Assembly (NCBI GenBank): GCA_946965045.2
Contig: OX337238.1
Span: forward strand, 744,001 to 808,000
Reading direction: 5' to 3'
Length of the DNA stretch: 64,000 bases
Source: Epithemia pelagica
Taxonomy: Eukaryota > Protista > Bacillariophyta
Shown: one piece after another, positions 1 through 10,405 of the stretch
Layout of the letters: every line of letters starts with the position of its first letter
Numbering within the stretch: position 1 is the stretch's first letter
Notes under the pieces: generated by a model
The model's input: only the letters and a program-made list of their open reading frames with translations
Databases searched by the model: none
What the model was told of the DNA's origin: nothing
Program-made: the position numbers and the translations under genes

Positions 1-21
1 GAAAGTAAATGGATTGAAAAT

Positions 22-3000
22 ATGCAGTCGACACAACTCATTTCTGGTAGTCGAAATCATGCGCGATACATGGTGGAGGAGAGTCTGAACGATGACGGCC
101 GTCCGCTGCATATTTTGGAGATCATGGCGAGGCAGGCAAAGAATCGTTCATCAAGCAAACCTCTGTTTTCTTCGTCGCTCTGGGCGAGCGGAATGGATTC
201 GAGGTACGGGGCCTCGCCACGGATCAACCAGGGAGACAGCAGTCATTTTGACTTAACCGTTTACGAAGAAACAGCAAGAGACGACGAAAAATTCCTTGTA
301 TCTCCACGAAAAACTGATCCGCCTTTATTATCTTCAGTGATAGAAGATGAGAATCATTCCCAAGTGATCTCTTCTCTCTCGGCTACTTTCAGCAGGGAGA
401 GCGATAAGGAGAATCCTGAGCGGCGTAATACATCTGGGTTTCTGGCTCTGGATGATCCTGGGGGTATCATCGCCGTGCGTTCAAAGGCATCTCCTGGTCG
501 CGGCCATCGCCAGAGATCGGAGAACATGTCCATCCCTCATCGGACTCGGTCAATACCGACCAGTGATGATTTTCCTGATGAGATTGCTGTGAAAACTCAT
601 GTTCATAACCAACATGTCCACGGAAGCCATTCAAATGGAAACCAACTCGAGGCAAGACTGTCCAAAAGAAAATTACTTCCTGCACTTGAAATTACTGATC
701 CCAAGGAACATGATTCGGAAGGGTGCGAGCCTCCTGGCTCAGGAAGTGAAGCGAACCCTGTGAAGGACTGTGGGAATGACTCTTTGGCTCGACATGATTT
801 GAACAACGATCAGAAAGGGCAAACGAAACAGCCACCAGCCGATGTCACAACGCAAGAAATCGAAGCGGTGAACGACAATTGGTCAGAGAATTCAGTTCAG
901 TTACAGGGGCAGCTCGTCGAAGAAGGTGGAAGCGGTCTAACTTCCGGGGATGCTGGATCAAAGGCAGTACCTTCCATTGATCTCTCAGACCTAAGTTCCG
1001 AGAACAAGTCCATGACAAAAGTCGCTCCGTCAAAAACTGAAATAGATACTTCGGATGGAGACCCTGTTTCAAAAATTGATCAAGTTCAACGAGAAGCAGA
1101 CTTGGATCAAGTCGAAGAAAAATGTTCCAGCAGTTCTAAAACAGATTATCGACAACTTTCTCTTGGACCGATGGAAAACAGTGGAAGTCTTGATCCTGGG
1201 GACGAGATCGTGGAAGGTCACGACTTATATCTGGGATGTGATACGATATCGGTGGGAGGGAATGTTAACGCTGGTATGACAGCATCGTCACCTTCATATA
1301 CACGTTCGGCAGTCGGCAAAAAGGACGCCGGTGCAATTACAATTTCGCAACCATTGGTCTCGTCGACTGCTGAATTGAACCGAGAGAATAGTTTGAACTT
1401 TGTGATTGACGATGAAACAAATCGTCAATCTCTTGCTGATATTCCAGCAGAAAGTAGAAATACAATGTCGACCGATCCAGATAAATGCTCGGAACAAATG
1501 GAAAACAAGAATCCGACTTGCGTTTCCCCTAGCAATGTTGCTACACAGTCCGTGTCATCTAGACATTCACAGATGAGTGCTCCGGGAAATCAGTCCGATC
1601 CAGATTTTCATCACCAGAACCAGTTACTCGATAATGCGTCACGTACGGTTGACAACATCGCTAATTTAGGCCAAGAAGCAAAGACATTGACCAAAACGAA
1701 CGAAACCGAGAAGGATCCTAACCTGAATGACGATGAAGTCAGCAAGAATGCACCCTGCAGGTCTCGCGTCGTGACTGACGAGGACGATAACATGCTGTCA
1801 TCCAAAAACGCTGCTACGGTTCCTCTAGCACTGCGGATGTTTGACTCAAAGCTTTTCAGCTCTCTAGTAGAAGAGTCTGCAGAAAATAAAGACGCAGGCT
1901 CGGACTCCCGGGAAACCCTTTCAACCTCGGAACCAACAGGAAGCTCTGGTATTCAGCAGTTGTCAAACTCAACGGAGCGAAGCAAAATTTACCTGCAGCA
2001 TTTTGATGATCCATCAGACGTTTATCCAGAAACTCGAGATAAAGGCTTTGAAGAGAAAGCGTATGTGTATAGGAAGGAATCGGGATTCAACAAAAGAATT
2101 CTTCCTGACGGTGGAACCGGAAGATTGGAGAACATTCTTATCCATGTTTCTGATACTTCGTCTAACGAAAGTGGGAGATCACAGTGTAATTTTACCAAAG
2201 GGATTTCGCACCCAGCAGGTACCTCAGCTCATGACCAATCAGAAAACCATCAGGGAAAAGAGTCATCTACCGAGGATGAAGATGCAATTCCAATTTCAAT
2301 GGCTGCTTCAAGTACAAGCCAAGAAGCTTTGACAGAAGCTCGGCAAGAAATATACGATTTGCTTGACTCAGGATCGAGTTGCAGCTCCTTATCAGCTATT
2401 CTTGCTCCAGTAGCGACTTTAGCGAAGGCCAAAACAAAACGCTCCCGAGCGCGTTCAGTTGATGGCGATAATAAAGTACTCCAGGTACTTCCCACGAAAA
2501 GCTTGGGTTCCTCATCGTGTGAAAGTTTCTCCACGAATGTCAAGAATGCTATTGCTGACGCGAAGCAAGTCGCCACCGACAACGACAGTCGATCCACGCT
2601 AACGTTCAAGATCCCACATGGCGTTTATGGAGACGATGCTGATACGGCTTTAGTTGCTTCTACTGACAATGATGACCTTTCCAGAAAGAAAAAGGTCGTA
2701 ACTTTCTCACTAGAAGAAAGTGCCGCTTCGGAACAAGCCGACTCTGTCATCGAAGGGATACTCAAATCCGCCGAGGAAGCACTGCAAGTTGATTCCTGTC
2801 TTGAACAAGGAGACTTGACTGTCGAAGAGGACGATGGAAATCAAAACGAAACCGAGCAGCCAGCCGTATTTTGCGATCCAAAGGAAACCACGAACACTAC
2901 AGATACTGCGAAAATGCTATTACCGGTCCTACGAAATGGTAGTCCCCGATCGACTCCTTCCGACAATGTCGAAATTACCGAGTCCGAGACCGTTGATTCG

Positions 3001-4590
3001 ATCCAGGACCAATTGGTACTTCTTGCTGAAATCAAGGTTCGGAGCACTTCAGATTCGGTGTCAAATTCTGTCGAAGAGCAAAATCCGAATAACATTGAAT
3101 CAGCCACTCCCTCTACCGAAGACACAAAGCAGCCGCTGAATGAAGGATATGGGAACGAAACATCAGCAGACAAAACTGACTCCATTTTCCGCACAAATCG
3201 AGATACGCCATCTCCACGATTACAGCTACTGGAACGAGCTAAGAAAGCAATGGAACGTCCCGATGGGACGGGGACTGTTAACAGTGAGCTGGTGAAGCTT
3301 TTATCCGTGGACGCTGAGGAATTGGACGGACAACGCGACGATGAAAAGGACGACGCAAAGGAATACAATGAAAAACTGGAGGAATTGATTTTCGATGATG
3401 GGGCTTCGTTCTCCGAGCTGATTCCATCTGTGTCTTTAGATAGTCGCTCTCAGATTGCTCGGATAGACAGGCGAATTCATAGCATTATGACACAGGCACG
3501 GCATGCTACGGGAAGAATCGGGAGCGGAAGTAATGACTCACAGTCAACGCAACAAAAAGTACCAATGATCGAATCACTCTTGTTGGAGCGCATTCATCCA
3601 AGCATGGTTTCTTCTCATACAACCCATTCGCGGGGATCAAAGGGTGAACCATCGGCCACGACCCCCGTTAATATGACAATTTCGTTCCAGCAGGCCGATC
3701 AACAGATTTGTCAATCGCTCTCTCAATGTACCCTGACTCATCCACTGGAGACAATGGTGTCTGGTGCTAGTCGACAAAGAAGCGCAGAGAAACCATTGGA
3801 CGTGCAAGAGCATGTGGAGACTTCCAACCCTGACAATAAGCGCCGCTTTGAAATGGCTCGCACACCGCGTCGATCCAATGCGTCTACGACAATCCGACAG
3901 GATGGTCACTGGATCTCATCCTCTCCCCAATCGAAATTCAGCACACAGGGCGACATACGCGAGTCCATTGATAGAGATGAGACTAGAAATGGTTTGGTGA
4001 TTCAAACTACGTCGACCATGAGTACAGTTTCCACCTTCCCTGAGGAACTGTTTACTCATTTTCAAGCATCCGCCCTCTCGTCTCCGTCGATGAGTCATGC
4101 GGAGAGCCAAGATTCGCGAGGCCATAGACCGCCCGTAAGTCCACTTGAAAGAAATCGTGCTCCGGAATTTGGACATAGAAAGTCATGGCCGGTATGGGAC
4201 ATGACACGGAATGTACCTTCCGAGCTTTCCAGAGACATGCAACAGCAACAACAAAAACTCCAACACGCCCATTCCTTCTCTTCAGCCGAACAAGAATCTG
4301 TGGGGGACTTTCATTCTTTATCCAACTCCACACTTCCGTCGACGCTCCATCATTTGTCTGCATTTCGAAGACCACCCGTCTCTCCCAAAAAGACCACCAA
4401 GGCTTTCTCCTCACCAAAAGGAAACCAGGCCCGGCCATGGCAACCATTGCAGACGAGTTCGTCCCCCCTTTCCATATCTTCGATGCCCGAGCCGCGCATC
4501 GCCTCGCGAGCCATGGACTCTCAGGTTCCAAAAAGAACCAGCAGCATGGTGGAAGAAGGCGGAGATACTGTATGTAATCAGCTATTGTAA
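22..4590 (+). CDS. Large Ser/Glu/Asp-rich, probably disordered hypothetical protein (1522 aa)
   Basis: Uninterrupted 4.5-kb ATG-initiated ORF; low-complexity composition; no domain motif recognised. Confidence 0.75.
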   Translation: MQSTQLISGSRNHARYMVEESLNDDGRPLHILEIMARQAKNRSSSKPLFSSSLWASGMDSRYGASPRINQGDSSHFDLTVYEETARDDEKFLVSPRKTDPPLLSSVIEDENHSQVISSLSATFSRESDKENPERRNTSGFLALDDPGGIIAVRSKASPGRGHRQRSENMSIPHRTRSIPTSDDFPDEIAVKTHVHNQHVHGSHSNGNQLEARLSKRKLLPALEITDPKEHDSEGCEPPGSGSEANPVKDCGNDSLARHDLNNDQKGQTKQPPADVTTQEIEAVNDNWSENSVQLQGQLVEEGGSGLTSGDAGSKAVPSIDLSDLSSENKSMTKVAPSKTEIDTSDGDPVSKIDQVQREADLDQVEEKCSSSSKTDYRQLSLGPMENSGSLDPGDEIVEGHDLYLGCDTISVGGNVNAGMTASSPSYTRSAVGKKDAGAITISQPLVSSTAELNRENSLNFVIDDETNRQSLADIPAESRNTMSTDPDKCSEQMENKNPTCVSPSNVATQSVSSRHSQMSAPGNQSDPDFHHQNQLLDNASRTVDNIANLGQEAKTLTKTNETEKDPNLNDDEVSKNAPCRSRVVTDEDDNMLSSKNAATVPLALRMFDSKLFSSLVEESAENKDAGSDSRETLSTSEPTGSSGIQQLSNSTERSKIYLQHFDDPSDVYPETRDKGFEEKAYVYRKESGFNKRILPDGGTGRLENILIHVSDTSSNESGRSQCNFTKGISHPAGTSAHDQSENHQGKESSTEDEDAIPISMAASSTSQEALTEARQEIYDLLDSGSSCSSLSAILAPVATLAKAKTKRSRARSVDGDNKVLQVLPTKSLGSSSCESFSTNVKNAIADAKQVATDNDSRSTLTFKIPHGVYGDDADTALVASTDNDDLSRKKKVVTFSLEESAASEQADSVIEGILKSAEEALQVDSCLEQGDLTVEEDDGNQNETEQPAVFCDPKETTNTTDTAKMLLPVLRNGSPRSTPSDNVEITESETVDSIQDQLVLLAEIKVRSTSDSVSNSVEEQNPNNIESATPSTEDTKQPLNEGYGNETSADKTDSIFRTNRDTPSPRLQLLERAKKAMERPDGTGTVNSELVKLLSVDAEELDGQRDDEKDDAKEYNEKLEELIFDDGASFSELIPSVSLDSRSQIARIDRRIHSIMTQARHATGRIGSGSNDSQSTQQKVPMIESLLLERIHPSMVSSHTTHSRGSKGEPSATTPVNMTISFQQADQQICQSLSQCTLTHPLETMVSGASRQRSAEKPLDVQEHVETSNPDNKRRFEMARTPRRSNASTTIRQDGHWISSSPQSKFSTQGDIRESIDRDETRNGLVIQTTSTMSTVSTFPEELFTHFQASALSSPSMSHAESQDSRGHRPPVSPLERNRAPEFGHRKSWPVWDMTRNVPSELSRDMQQQQQKLQHAHSFSSAEQESVGDFHSLSNSTLPSTLHHLSAFRRPPVSPKKTTKAFSSPKGNQARPWQPLQTSSSPLSISSMPEPRIASRAMDSQVPKRTSSMVEEGGDTVCNQLL

Positions 4591-4850
4591 TTATAGAGAA
4601 ACAGATGTTGTAGAGTTTCATCCAGTCCTATTGATCTATGTCGTAGTTTTGTGCTGGGTTCAGCGCTGCATCTAAAGAGTCCATCCCATGTCCTCCTTCT
4701 CGATGATTCCAGATATGGAAAGACGCCAGCGGAGTATGTACACATCCGCTAGAATCATCAGCACAGGGCGCACAGCTGAGAATATGTAAGGAAAACAATC
4801 CACGACTGCATTTGTTCTCCTCGCTCTCTTTTCGCATCCAAAATTCTGGC

Positions 4851-5187
4851 TTTGTCAACTTGATGTTGTTGGACCTCGTCGGTCGAACCAAACGAGTTGC
4901 TCATGTCGCAAGAAGATAGGGTAACAGTACAAGTCGAGAAAGACACTCCACAATCCAAAATTCCCGATGAATCTTTCGCTTGTCAATATATGTTGTGGCT
5001 GTTCTCTGTCGTTCGGACAACCACCTCATCGGTTCTGTTGTTTCCGAGCATTATTGGATATCGCCACTCGTGTTTCGTCTTCGTGGCGAGAAAACGTCCT
5101 TCTTCCACTGGCCATTGTGATTCTTGTGGTGCGAAAAATACTAGGAAATACGGACATCAACACTACCTCAGCGGCGCCGTTGTCATC
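4851..5187 (+). pseudogene. Degenerate duplicate of the 5' flank and first ~105 codons of the dolichol kinase gene
   Basis: Aligns with 7361-7739: identical 23-mer CCATTGTGATTCTTGTGGTGCGA at 5112-5134 and 7652-7674; MSQEDRVTVQVEKDTPQSK vs MSQQEDRATEQVERDTSQSK. Indels of -11, +2 and -11 nt relative to the parent, then TAA at 5189-5191. Confidence 0.85.
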
Positions 5188-5205
5188 GTAATGAGCATCA
5201 TCGAT

Positions 5206-6744
5206 TCAAACCCACCAGGAACGATTCCTGGGTTCCGCATCCAGTACACCTCCCACTCGCGATGCAATATGGGCAAATTCATTGTAGTCGTCAAACGTTT
5301 CATTGGGGAATTTTTTATGGTGATCTTTTGTATGCGGAAATATAGTGGGAGGTGGTTTCGTGCCCACATCATGCCACGCGTTGCTCAGATTGGGTTCGGC
5401 ATCCAACGGAAACGAGGCGGTTTTGGTATGCCAAACGTAGAGTTTGGTACAATTGTCGGCCAATGGATTCACATCGGAACGTTTGCTCGCCAACTGCTCC
5501 ACAAACTTGCTTTCCAAATATCCAGTTTTCCACATCCAGTTGAATCGGATTTTTTTGTGGGACCGAGGTCGCTTCTTGTTGTTGTTCGGAAGCAACAGGT
5601 CTGTGTGAAAGGCAAAGGCAGCCATGTCGACCGGAAACTTTCGTTCCCGTTGTTTAAAGGCGGATGACAGGGACATGATACGACCTGTCGTACGATTGAC
5701 AATACAACGTGCATGCGCGCCAAGACCGACGAGACCCACTGGCACCATACCGACAGTCGTGGTTTCCCGCAAGGCGGGAAACAAGCGCACATCATAGGTG
5801 TTGTCATCATCGGCAAAATACACAACACCCGTCATGTTGTTGCGTGTCCTGTTATTGTTGCCGGTCGTGGTCAATCGTTGACTCGGATCCTGCACCAACG
5901 ATTCCACTATTTCCAAGCCACGATTCCGCTGATCCACACCGCGATGACCAGGAGCACCCTTGGGTGGATTACTCTTGGCAATCACATGCGCAAAGGGTAA
6001 TCCGGTGCGATGCAACAAAGCCCGAACTGCGGACGAACAACACGTGTCCGTATCTTCCACAATCACCCAATAAAAATTCCCATCCAGCTTTAGAGTTTGC
6101 CCAAAAGACATCAAATTGTCGAGTTGAGTCAGTCCTCGCTTGGATGTCGTGGGCATGATAATGTAGACAATGGGTTCGTCCAAGGGTATTCGGTCTCGGT
6201 GCTTCCAGCGATACTGTTGCACTTCACTCGGACTTGTAATGTACGTCGAATTCACTGGATCCAGTGATGCTTCTTCGGAAAACCACAACATGTCTGGTGA
6301 AGCATCAAAGCGAAAGGGGGACCGAGGTGCGGACGTGGATATTGAACTTGACGGAGGATTGTCGTTGTCTGGAGTGTGACTATAATTATATCGAATCGCA
6401 TTTGGAAAGGACGTAGAGTGGAGTCCTCTTGTTGGTTCTCGTAAAGATTGTTGTTGTAGCTGCTGTTGGAGCAGTTCGTTCTGTTGTTGTGTGCTCGTCA
6501 TGAACACAAACATCATTTTGTTCGTCGACCGTAACCCCATTGCCACTGCTTTAATTAACGCCATCAGAACCAGTGTCACCACAACAATCCCTCTATCGGA
6601 TTGCTTGCGAGAAACCTTTGGACGTGCTTCATGTTGGTTGGATTGGGATGGTTCGTCCTCAATCTTGGAGTGAGAGACTTGATTAGTGGCAGAGTTCGGA
6701 TCATCTCGCCAACGTTGATTGGCCTGGGAGAGTGGAAGAGCCAT
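5206..6744 (-). CDS. GT43-family beta-1,3-glucuronosyltransferase-like type II membrane protein (512 aa)
   Basis: N-terminal TM (IVVVTLVLMALIKAVAM) and motifs YIIMPT, WVIVED, GVDQRNRGL, VYFADDDNTYD, FPVDMAAFAF, GYLES, LYVWHTKT typical of GlcAT/GT43; no intron needed. Confidence 0.9.
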   Translation of the reverse strand: MALPLSQANQRWRDDPNSATNQVSHSKIEDEPSQSNQHEARPKVSRKQSDRGIVVVTLVLMALIKAVAMGLRSTNKMMFVFMTSTQQQNELLQQQLQQQSLREPTRGLHSTSFPNAIRYNYSHTPDNDNPPSSSISTSAPRSPFRFDASPDMLWFSEEASLDPVNSTYITSPSEVQQYRWKHRDRIPLDEPIVYIIMPTTSKRGLTQLDNLMSFGQTLKLDGNFYWVIVEDTDTCCSSAVRALLHRTGLPFAHVIAKSNPPKGAPGHRGVDQRNRGLEIVESLVQDPSQRLTTTGNNNRTRNNMTGVVYFADDDNTYDVRLFPALRETTTVGMVPVGLVGLGAHARCIVNRTTGRIMSLSSAFKQRERKFPVDMAAFAFHTDLLLPNNNKKRPRSHKKIRFNWMWKTGYLESKFVEQLASKRSDVNPLADNCTKLYVWHTKTASFPLDAEPNLSNAWHDVGTKPPPTIFPHTKDHHKKFPNETFDDYNEFAHIASRVGGVLDAEPRNRSWWV

Positions 6745-6981
6745 TGTAACTCCAATTCCTCAATGATTGTTGATTCTTGATCGAGTTGACGACAGAGAGG
6801 TTCAAATCGTTCGCCGTGTTGTGACAAGGTTTGCGTTGTTGTAGTATTGACGCTTGAGAAAAAGAAAGGATACCCTCTCTTTCTTTCCATTGTGGTCCTT
6901 GGATGGAGTTTGTAGCCACGGGAAGCAAAATTCGGTGTAATCCCCAGAAAATCCGAAAAAGTGGTACAATAAGTAATTCCT

Positions 6982-7102
6982 GTTCACTGTTCACGTTCAC
7001 GTACGAGTACTCGTACCTCGTACTCGTACCTCGTACTCGTTCCTCGTACCTCGTACCTCGTACACGTACACTCGTACTCGTACCTCGTACTGGTAACTGG
7101 TA
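6982..7102. repeat. GTAC-rich degenerate tandem repeat (GTTCAC x3, then TACTCG/TACCTCG units) in the divergent GT43-DOLK promoter
   Basis: Visible: gtacgagtactcgtacctcgtactcgtacctcgtactcgttcctcgtacctcgtacctcg... Confidence 0.85.
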
Positions 7103-7419
7103 TGGGGGACGTGCTGCTAAGTAGGATAAGCTCTACCAGTATCAGTGCCATATATTATGTATTTCTGTCGGGCTCGTTGTTGCGCAACAAACGCAACGCG
7201 CGAAAATGTTGGGGGACGACCGCAGCGAAACAAGTCTGTTGGGTGTGACGTGTGACGCCGAAATTGGCTACCCTTGCTATCTCAAAGAGTGAGGGACCCA
7301 TGGGATAACTGATAACTTACCTTAGAACGAAACTAAAAAAAGTCTTCCACTCGTTTTGGATTTGTCAAAAGAAGATGATGGTGTGGTTCCCCGTCGGTTG
7401 AACCCAATGAGTCTGTGTC

Positions 7420-9996
7420 ATGTCGCAACAAGAAGATAGAGCAACAGAACAAGTCGAACGAGACACTTCCCAATCCAAAACATGGCTGGTGTTGCCTCCA
7501 GATCTTTCGCTCGTCGATGCACTGTGGCTGTTCTTTGTCGTTTGGACAACCACCTCGTCGGTTCTGTTGTTACCCAGTAATGACGAAGGATTATTGGATA
7601 TCGACACTCCTGTTTCGTCGTCGTGGCGAGACAAAGTCCTTGTTCCCCTGTCCATTGTGATTCTTGTGGTGCGAGAAATTCTGGGAACTAGCAATGACAA
7701 CAACAACAACAACACCTCAGCCGCACGATCGTCGTCATCTTCGTCTTTATTGAATGCTGCAGACCAGAACCATAAATCCATGATTTGGCGAGGTATTGAT
7801 GGTGGCCAACCCTCTGGACGGATCATGGTATGCGCCGTCTTTCCCACAATGATCTTTGCCATTTCCAATGCATGCACTCAAGTCGACCCTTCGTTCCCAA
7901 ATACTATTTGGGTCCTTCTGTCCCTAATTTGTCTGTGGCGCGTCGGTTTGGTCGACACAACGAGGAGATCTCCTCCACTACTCCCGTGGATTTTGGTGGG
8001 GCCGCTGGTGGCTTGTCTTGTTCCTCGTTTCGATACTCTCTTGGTACTTCAACCCATGGACGATGCATTGATGATATCCTTCCGAACAAGCACCATCCAT
8101 CCATTGGCACTCCTAGCGAGTTCATCGCTCCTCTACCTTTTCGTATTTGTCCAACTCTTTGAGTGTCTGCCTCGTCGACCCATGTTGCAGGGTGTATTTA
8201 CCTGTGGGGAATGGACCTTGGTGGTGGGTTGCATGACCGTGTGGATCACCCAGTATGGTTGGACCAGTCTCTTCATGCCTCTTTTGGGGCTTCGACGAAT
8301 GAATGCCACTGGAAACCACAATAGTACAAGTAGTCCTTTGGTGTATGTGGTGGCACGGTCGGGTGTTTTGGGATCCGTGCTGGTGTGTCCCTGGATTCAT
8401 TGGATGTGGCCAGTCCGAAGGAATACGACGACCCACAACCACAAGAATGGTGCAGCAACACGAAGCAACCTCGACGACGACGACGACAACACTCGCCAAA
8501 ACTCTCACCACGACAGCTCTCAAGACCGCAATGCCAAATGCACAGTGGCCTCCCCGGCAATCGACCACCAACCACCACCACAAAATGGGACGTTTCATCC
8601 TACTGTGGACCATACCCAAACCAATTGGAGCCAACCGACGGGGATGCAAGGCCCTAGTCATTCAAGTTGGAATTGGATGCTTCCAGTGGGTGTAGCGGCT
8701 GTGTGTATTTTGGCGTGGGTGGAACTCCACATGCAATTACTGGTTTGGAATGTTGATGACAACACAGACGATCCGCCCGAGGACACTCTGGGTTCGTGGT
8801 GGTCAGAGTGGCCCGTACCACCACTCTGTTTGAAGTGGCTTGTGCAGTTTTTGGGCCACGTCGAAACCACCGGGGGGTTACCGTCCTCCTCCGAACAGAG
8901 TCACCAGACACTCTGGTTTCGTTGGGCCACGTGGCCTCGTTGGTGTTGGGTCGTTTATTGGTGTCTTGCACTGGTTATTACACTTGTGGTGATACCCCTT
9001 CTTTGGGATTCCCTCATGGTACGAGCGTGGAGAAAGCAGCAAGCCCAAGTAGAACCCAAACATGAAACAACGATAAATAATGCATCGACGACAAACGGGT
9101 CCAACCACAAGGATAATGAGGATGAGAAGCACAAGAAGTCCTCCCGCTCCTTGTCACCATCGTCCATTGTGACATTGAAACGGAAATGGTTTCATGCGGT
9201 AGCAGTCCTTGTCTTTGGACCGGTTACCATTTTTGCACCTCAATTGCAGGCATTGGGATATGCTGTGGCATTGGCCATTTTGGTATTGATTGAAGGATTG
9301 CAAGTTCGTCGTCAAGTACCTTGGCTACAAGCGTTTTATCAAGCCTTTTTGGATCCTCGCAAACACGAAACAACAACAACAAGAGACAACCACATGGGCG
9401 ACGACGACAAGGTGATTGTATCGCATCTCAGTTTGATTGCCGGATGTGCCATGCCCTTGTTTGTGGCCCTGTTTTTGTTGGAGGAGCAAATGAGCCAAGA
9501 AAACAGTAGCAACCATCCCTTGGGCATGGAGCGAAAAGAACAATTACTGTGTCTTTCGTTGGTGGGCATTGTAGGATTGGGTGTGGGAGATGCCGTTGCG
9601 GCCGTCGCTGGCACAATCTACAGTTGGTGGAAACAAGACAAGACGTCACTTTATGCCTGGGAACGCTTCCTGGGCCTCCATCACTGGGGAAGATTGAATC
9701 GTACTTGGATGGGTAGTCTCTCCATGTTCTTGTCCATGTATGCCTTTGTATATGGCCTGGAATATGCTCGACCATGGTTCGTCCAATCATCACCATGGTA
9801 TAATAATGTCCTGTCGTCCGACTCACCGCAGACTGACCAAATGGTGGATTCCTCAACCTCGTCGTCGTCGTCGTGGGTCATGTGGTGGACACCATGCTTG
9901 GTGTGGATGACAATTGTCGAAGCCTATACGAGCCAGTTGGACAATCTCGTGTTGCCCTTGGTGGGCATGACTGTCTTTGTACTGTCCTTCCGGTAA
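7420..9996 (+). CDS. DOLK: Dolichol kinase (858 aa, with low-complexity insertions)
   Basis: Multi-pass hydrophobic protein; KRKWFHAVAV, IVSHLSLIAGCAMPL, GLGVGDAVAAVAG, RTWMGS and EAYTSQLDNLVLPL match the CTP-transferase region of SEC59/DOLK. Confidence 0.88.
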   Translation: MSQQEDRATEQVERDTSQSKTWLVLPPDLSLVDALWLFFVVWTTTSSVLLLPSNDEGLLDIDTPVSSSWRDKVLVPLSIVILVVREILGTSNDNNNNNTSAARSSSSSSLLNAADQNHKSMIWRGIDGGQPSGRIMVCAVFPTMIFAISNACTQVDPSFPNTIWVLLSLICLWRVGLVDTTRRSPPLLPWILVGPLVACLVPRFDTLLVLQPMDDALMISFRTSTIHPLALLASSSLLYLFVFVQLFECLPRRPMLQGVFTCGEWTLVVGCMTVWITQYGWTSLFMPLLGLRRMNATGNHNSTSSPLVYVVARSGVLGSVLVCPWIHWMWPVRRNTTTHNHKNGAATRSNLDDDDDNTRQNSHHDSSQDRNAKCTVASPAIDHQPPPQNGTFHPTVDHTQTNWSQPTGMQGPSHSSWNWMLPVGVAAVCILAWVELHMQLLVWNVDDNTDDPPEDTLGSWWSEWPVPPLCLKWLVQFLGHVETTGGLPSSSEQSHQTLWFRWATWPRWCWVVYWCLALVITLVVIPLLWDSLMVRAWRKQQAQVEPKHETTINNASTTNGSNHKDNEDEKHKKSSRSLSPSSIVTLKRKWFHAVAVLVFGPVTIFAPQLQALGYAVALAILVLIEGLQVRRQVPWLQAFYQAFLDPRKHETTTTRDNHMGDDDKVIVSHLSLIAGCAMPLFVALFLLEEQMSQENSSNHPLGMERKEQLLCLSLVGIVGLGVGDAVAAVAGTIYSWWKQDKTSLYAWERFLGLHHWGRLNRTWMGSLSMFLSMYAFVYGLEYARPWFVQSSPWYNNVLSSDSPQTDQMVDSSTSSSSSWVMWWTPCLVWMTIVEAYTSQLDNLVLPLVGMTVFVLSFR

Positions 9997-10032
9997 GAGA
10001 ACAACCAAACACAACAACTCTTGCGCCATACC

Positions 10033-10117
10033 GTCGGAATGGAAACCAGTGTCAACTCTCTGTTTGCCTCGAGGCGGTCGGAATGGAAACCAGTGTCAAC
10101 TCTCTGTGTGCCTCGAG
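10033..10117. repeat. Tandem duplication, 44-bp unit x2
   Basis: GTCGGAATGGAAACCAGTGTCAACTCTCTGT(T/G)TGCCTCGAG at 10033 and 10077, one mismatch. Confidence 0.9.
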
Positions 10118-10405
10118 AGATCTGTTTCAATTGCTGTCAAGTTTCCATGCCTTGATCCCCAATGCACAGTGGAACGGAGTACCCCCAGATCTACAATTAG
10201 GACCAAGCTGCACGCTTTCTAGAGGCAAGGAGCCGCACGAGCTCCTTGACCGCCATGTCCACTGGTAATTCGCCAGTTTCTAGTGTCGACTATATTAGTT
10301 CCTCTTCCGATTCTACGATATTATAATGGATTGGATACAAAAACTGTTTTTTTGCTTTGAGAATGCGTCAAAAGAAAAACAACTCCTCTGTCAACTGTCA
10401 ACATG

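Noticed and set aside
4897-5667. 256-aa plus-strand ORF starting like dolichol kinase
   Set aside because: Chimera of the frameshifted DOLK stub and the antisense strand of GT43; similarity is lost after the first indels.
10033-10117. CRISPR-like direct repeats
   Set aside because: Only two adjacent copies with no spacer, no cas genes, eukaryotic context.
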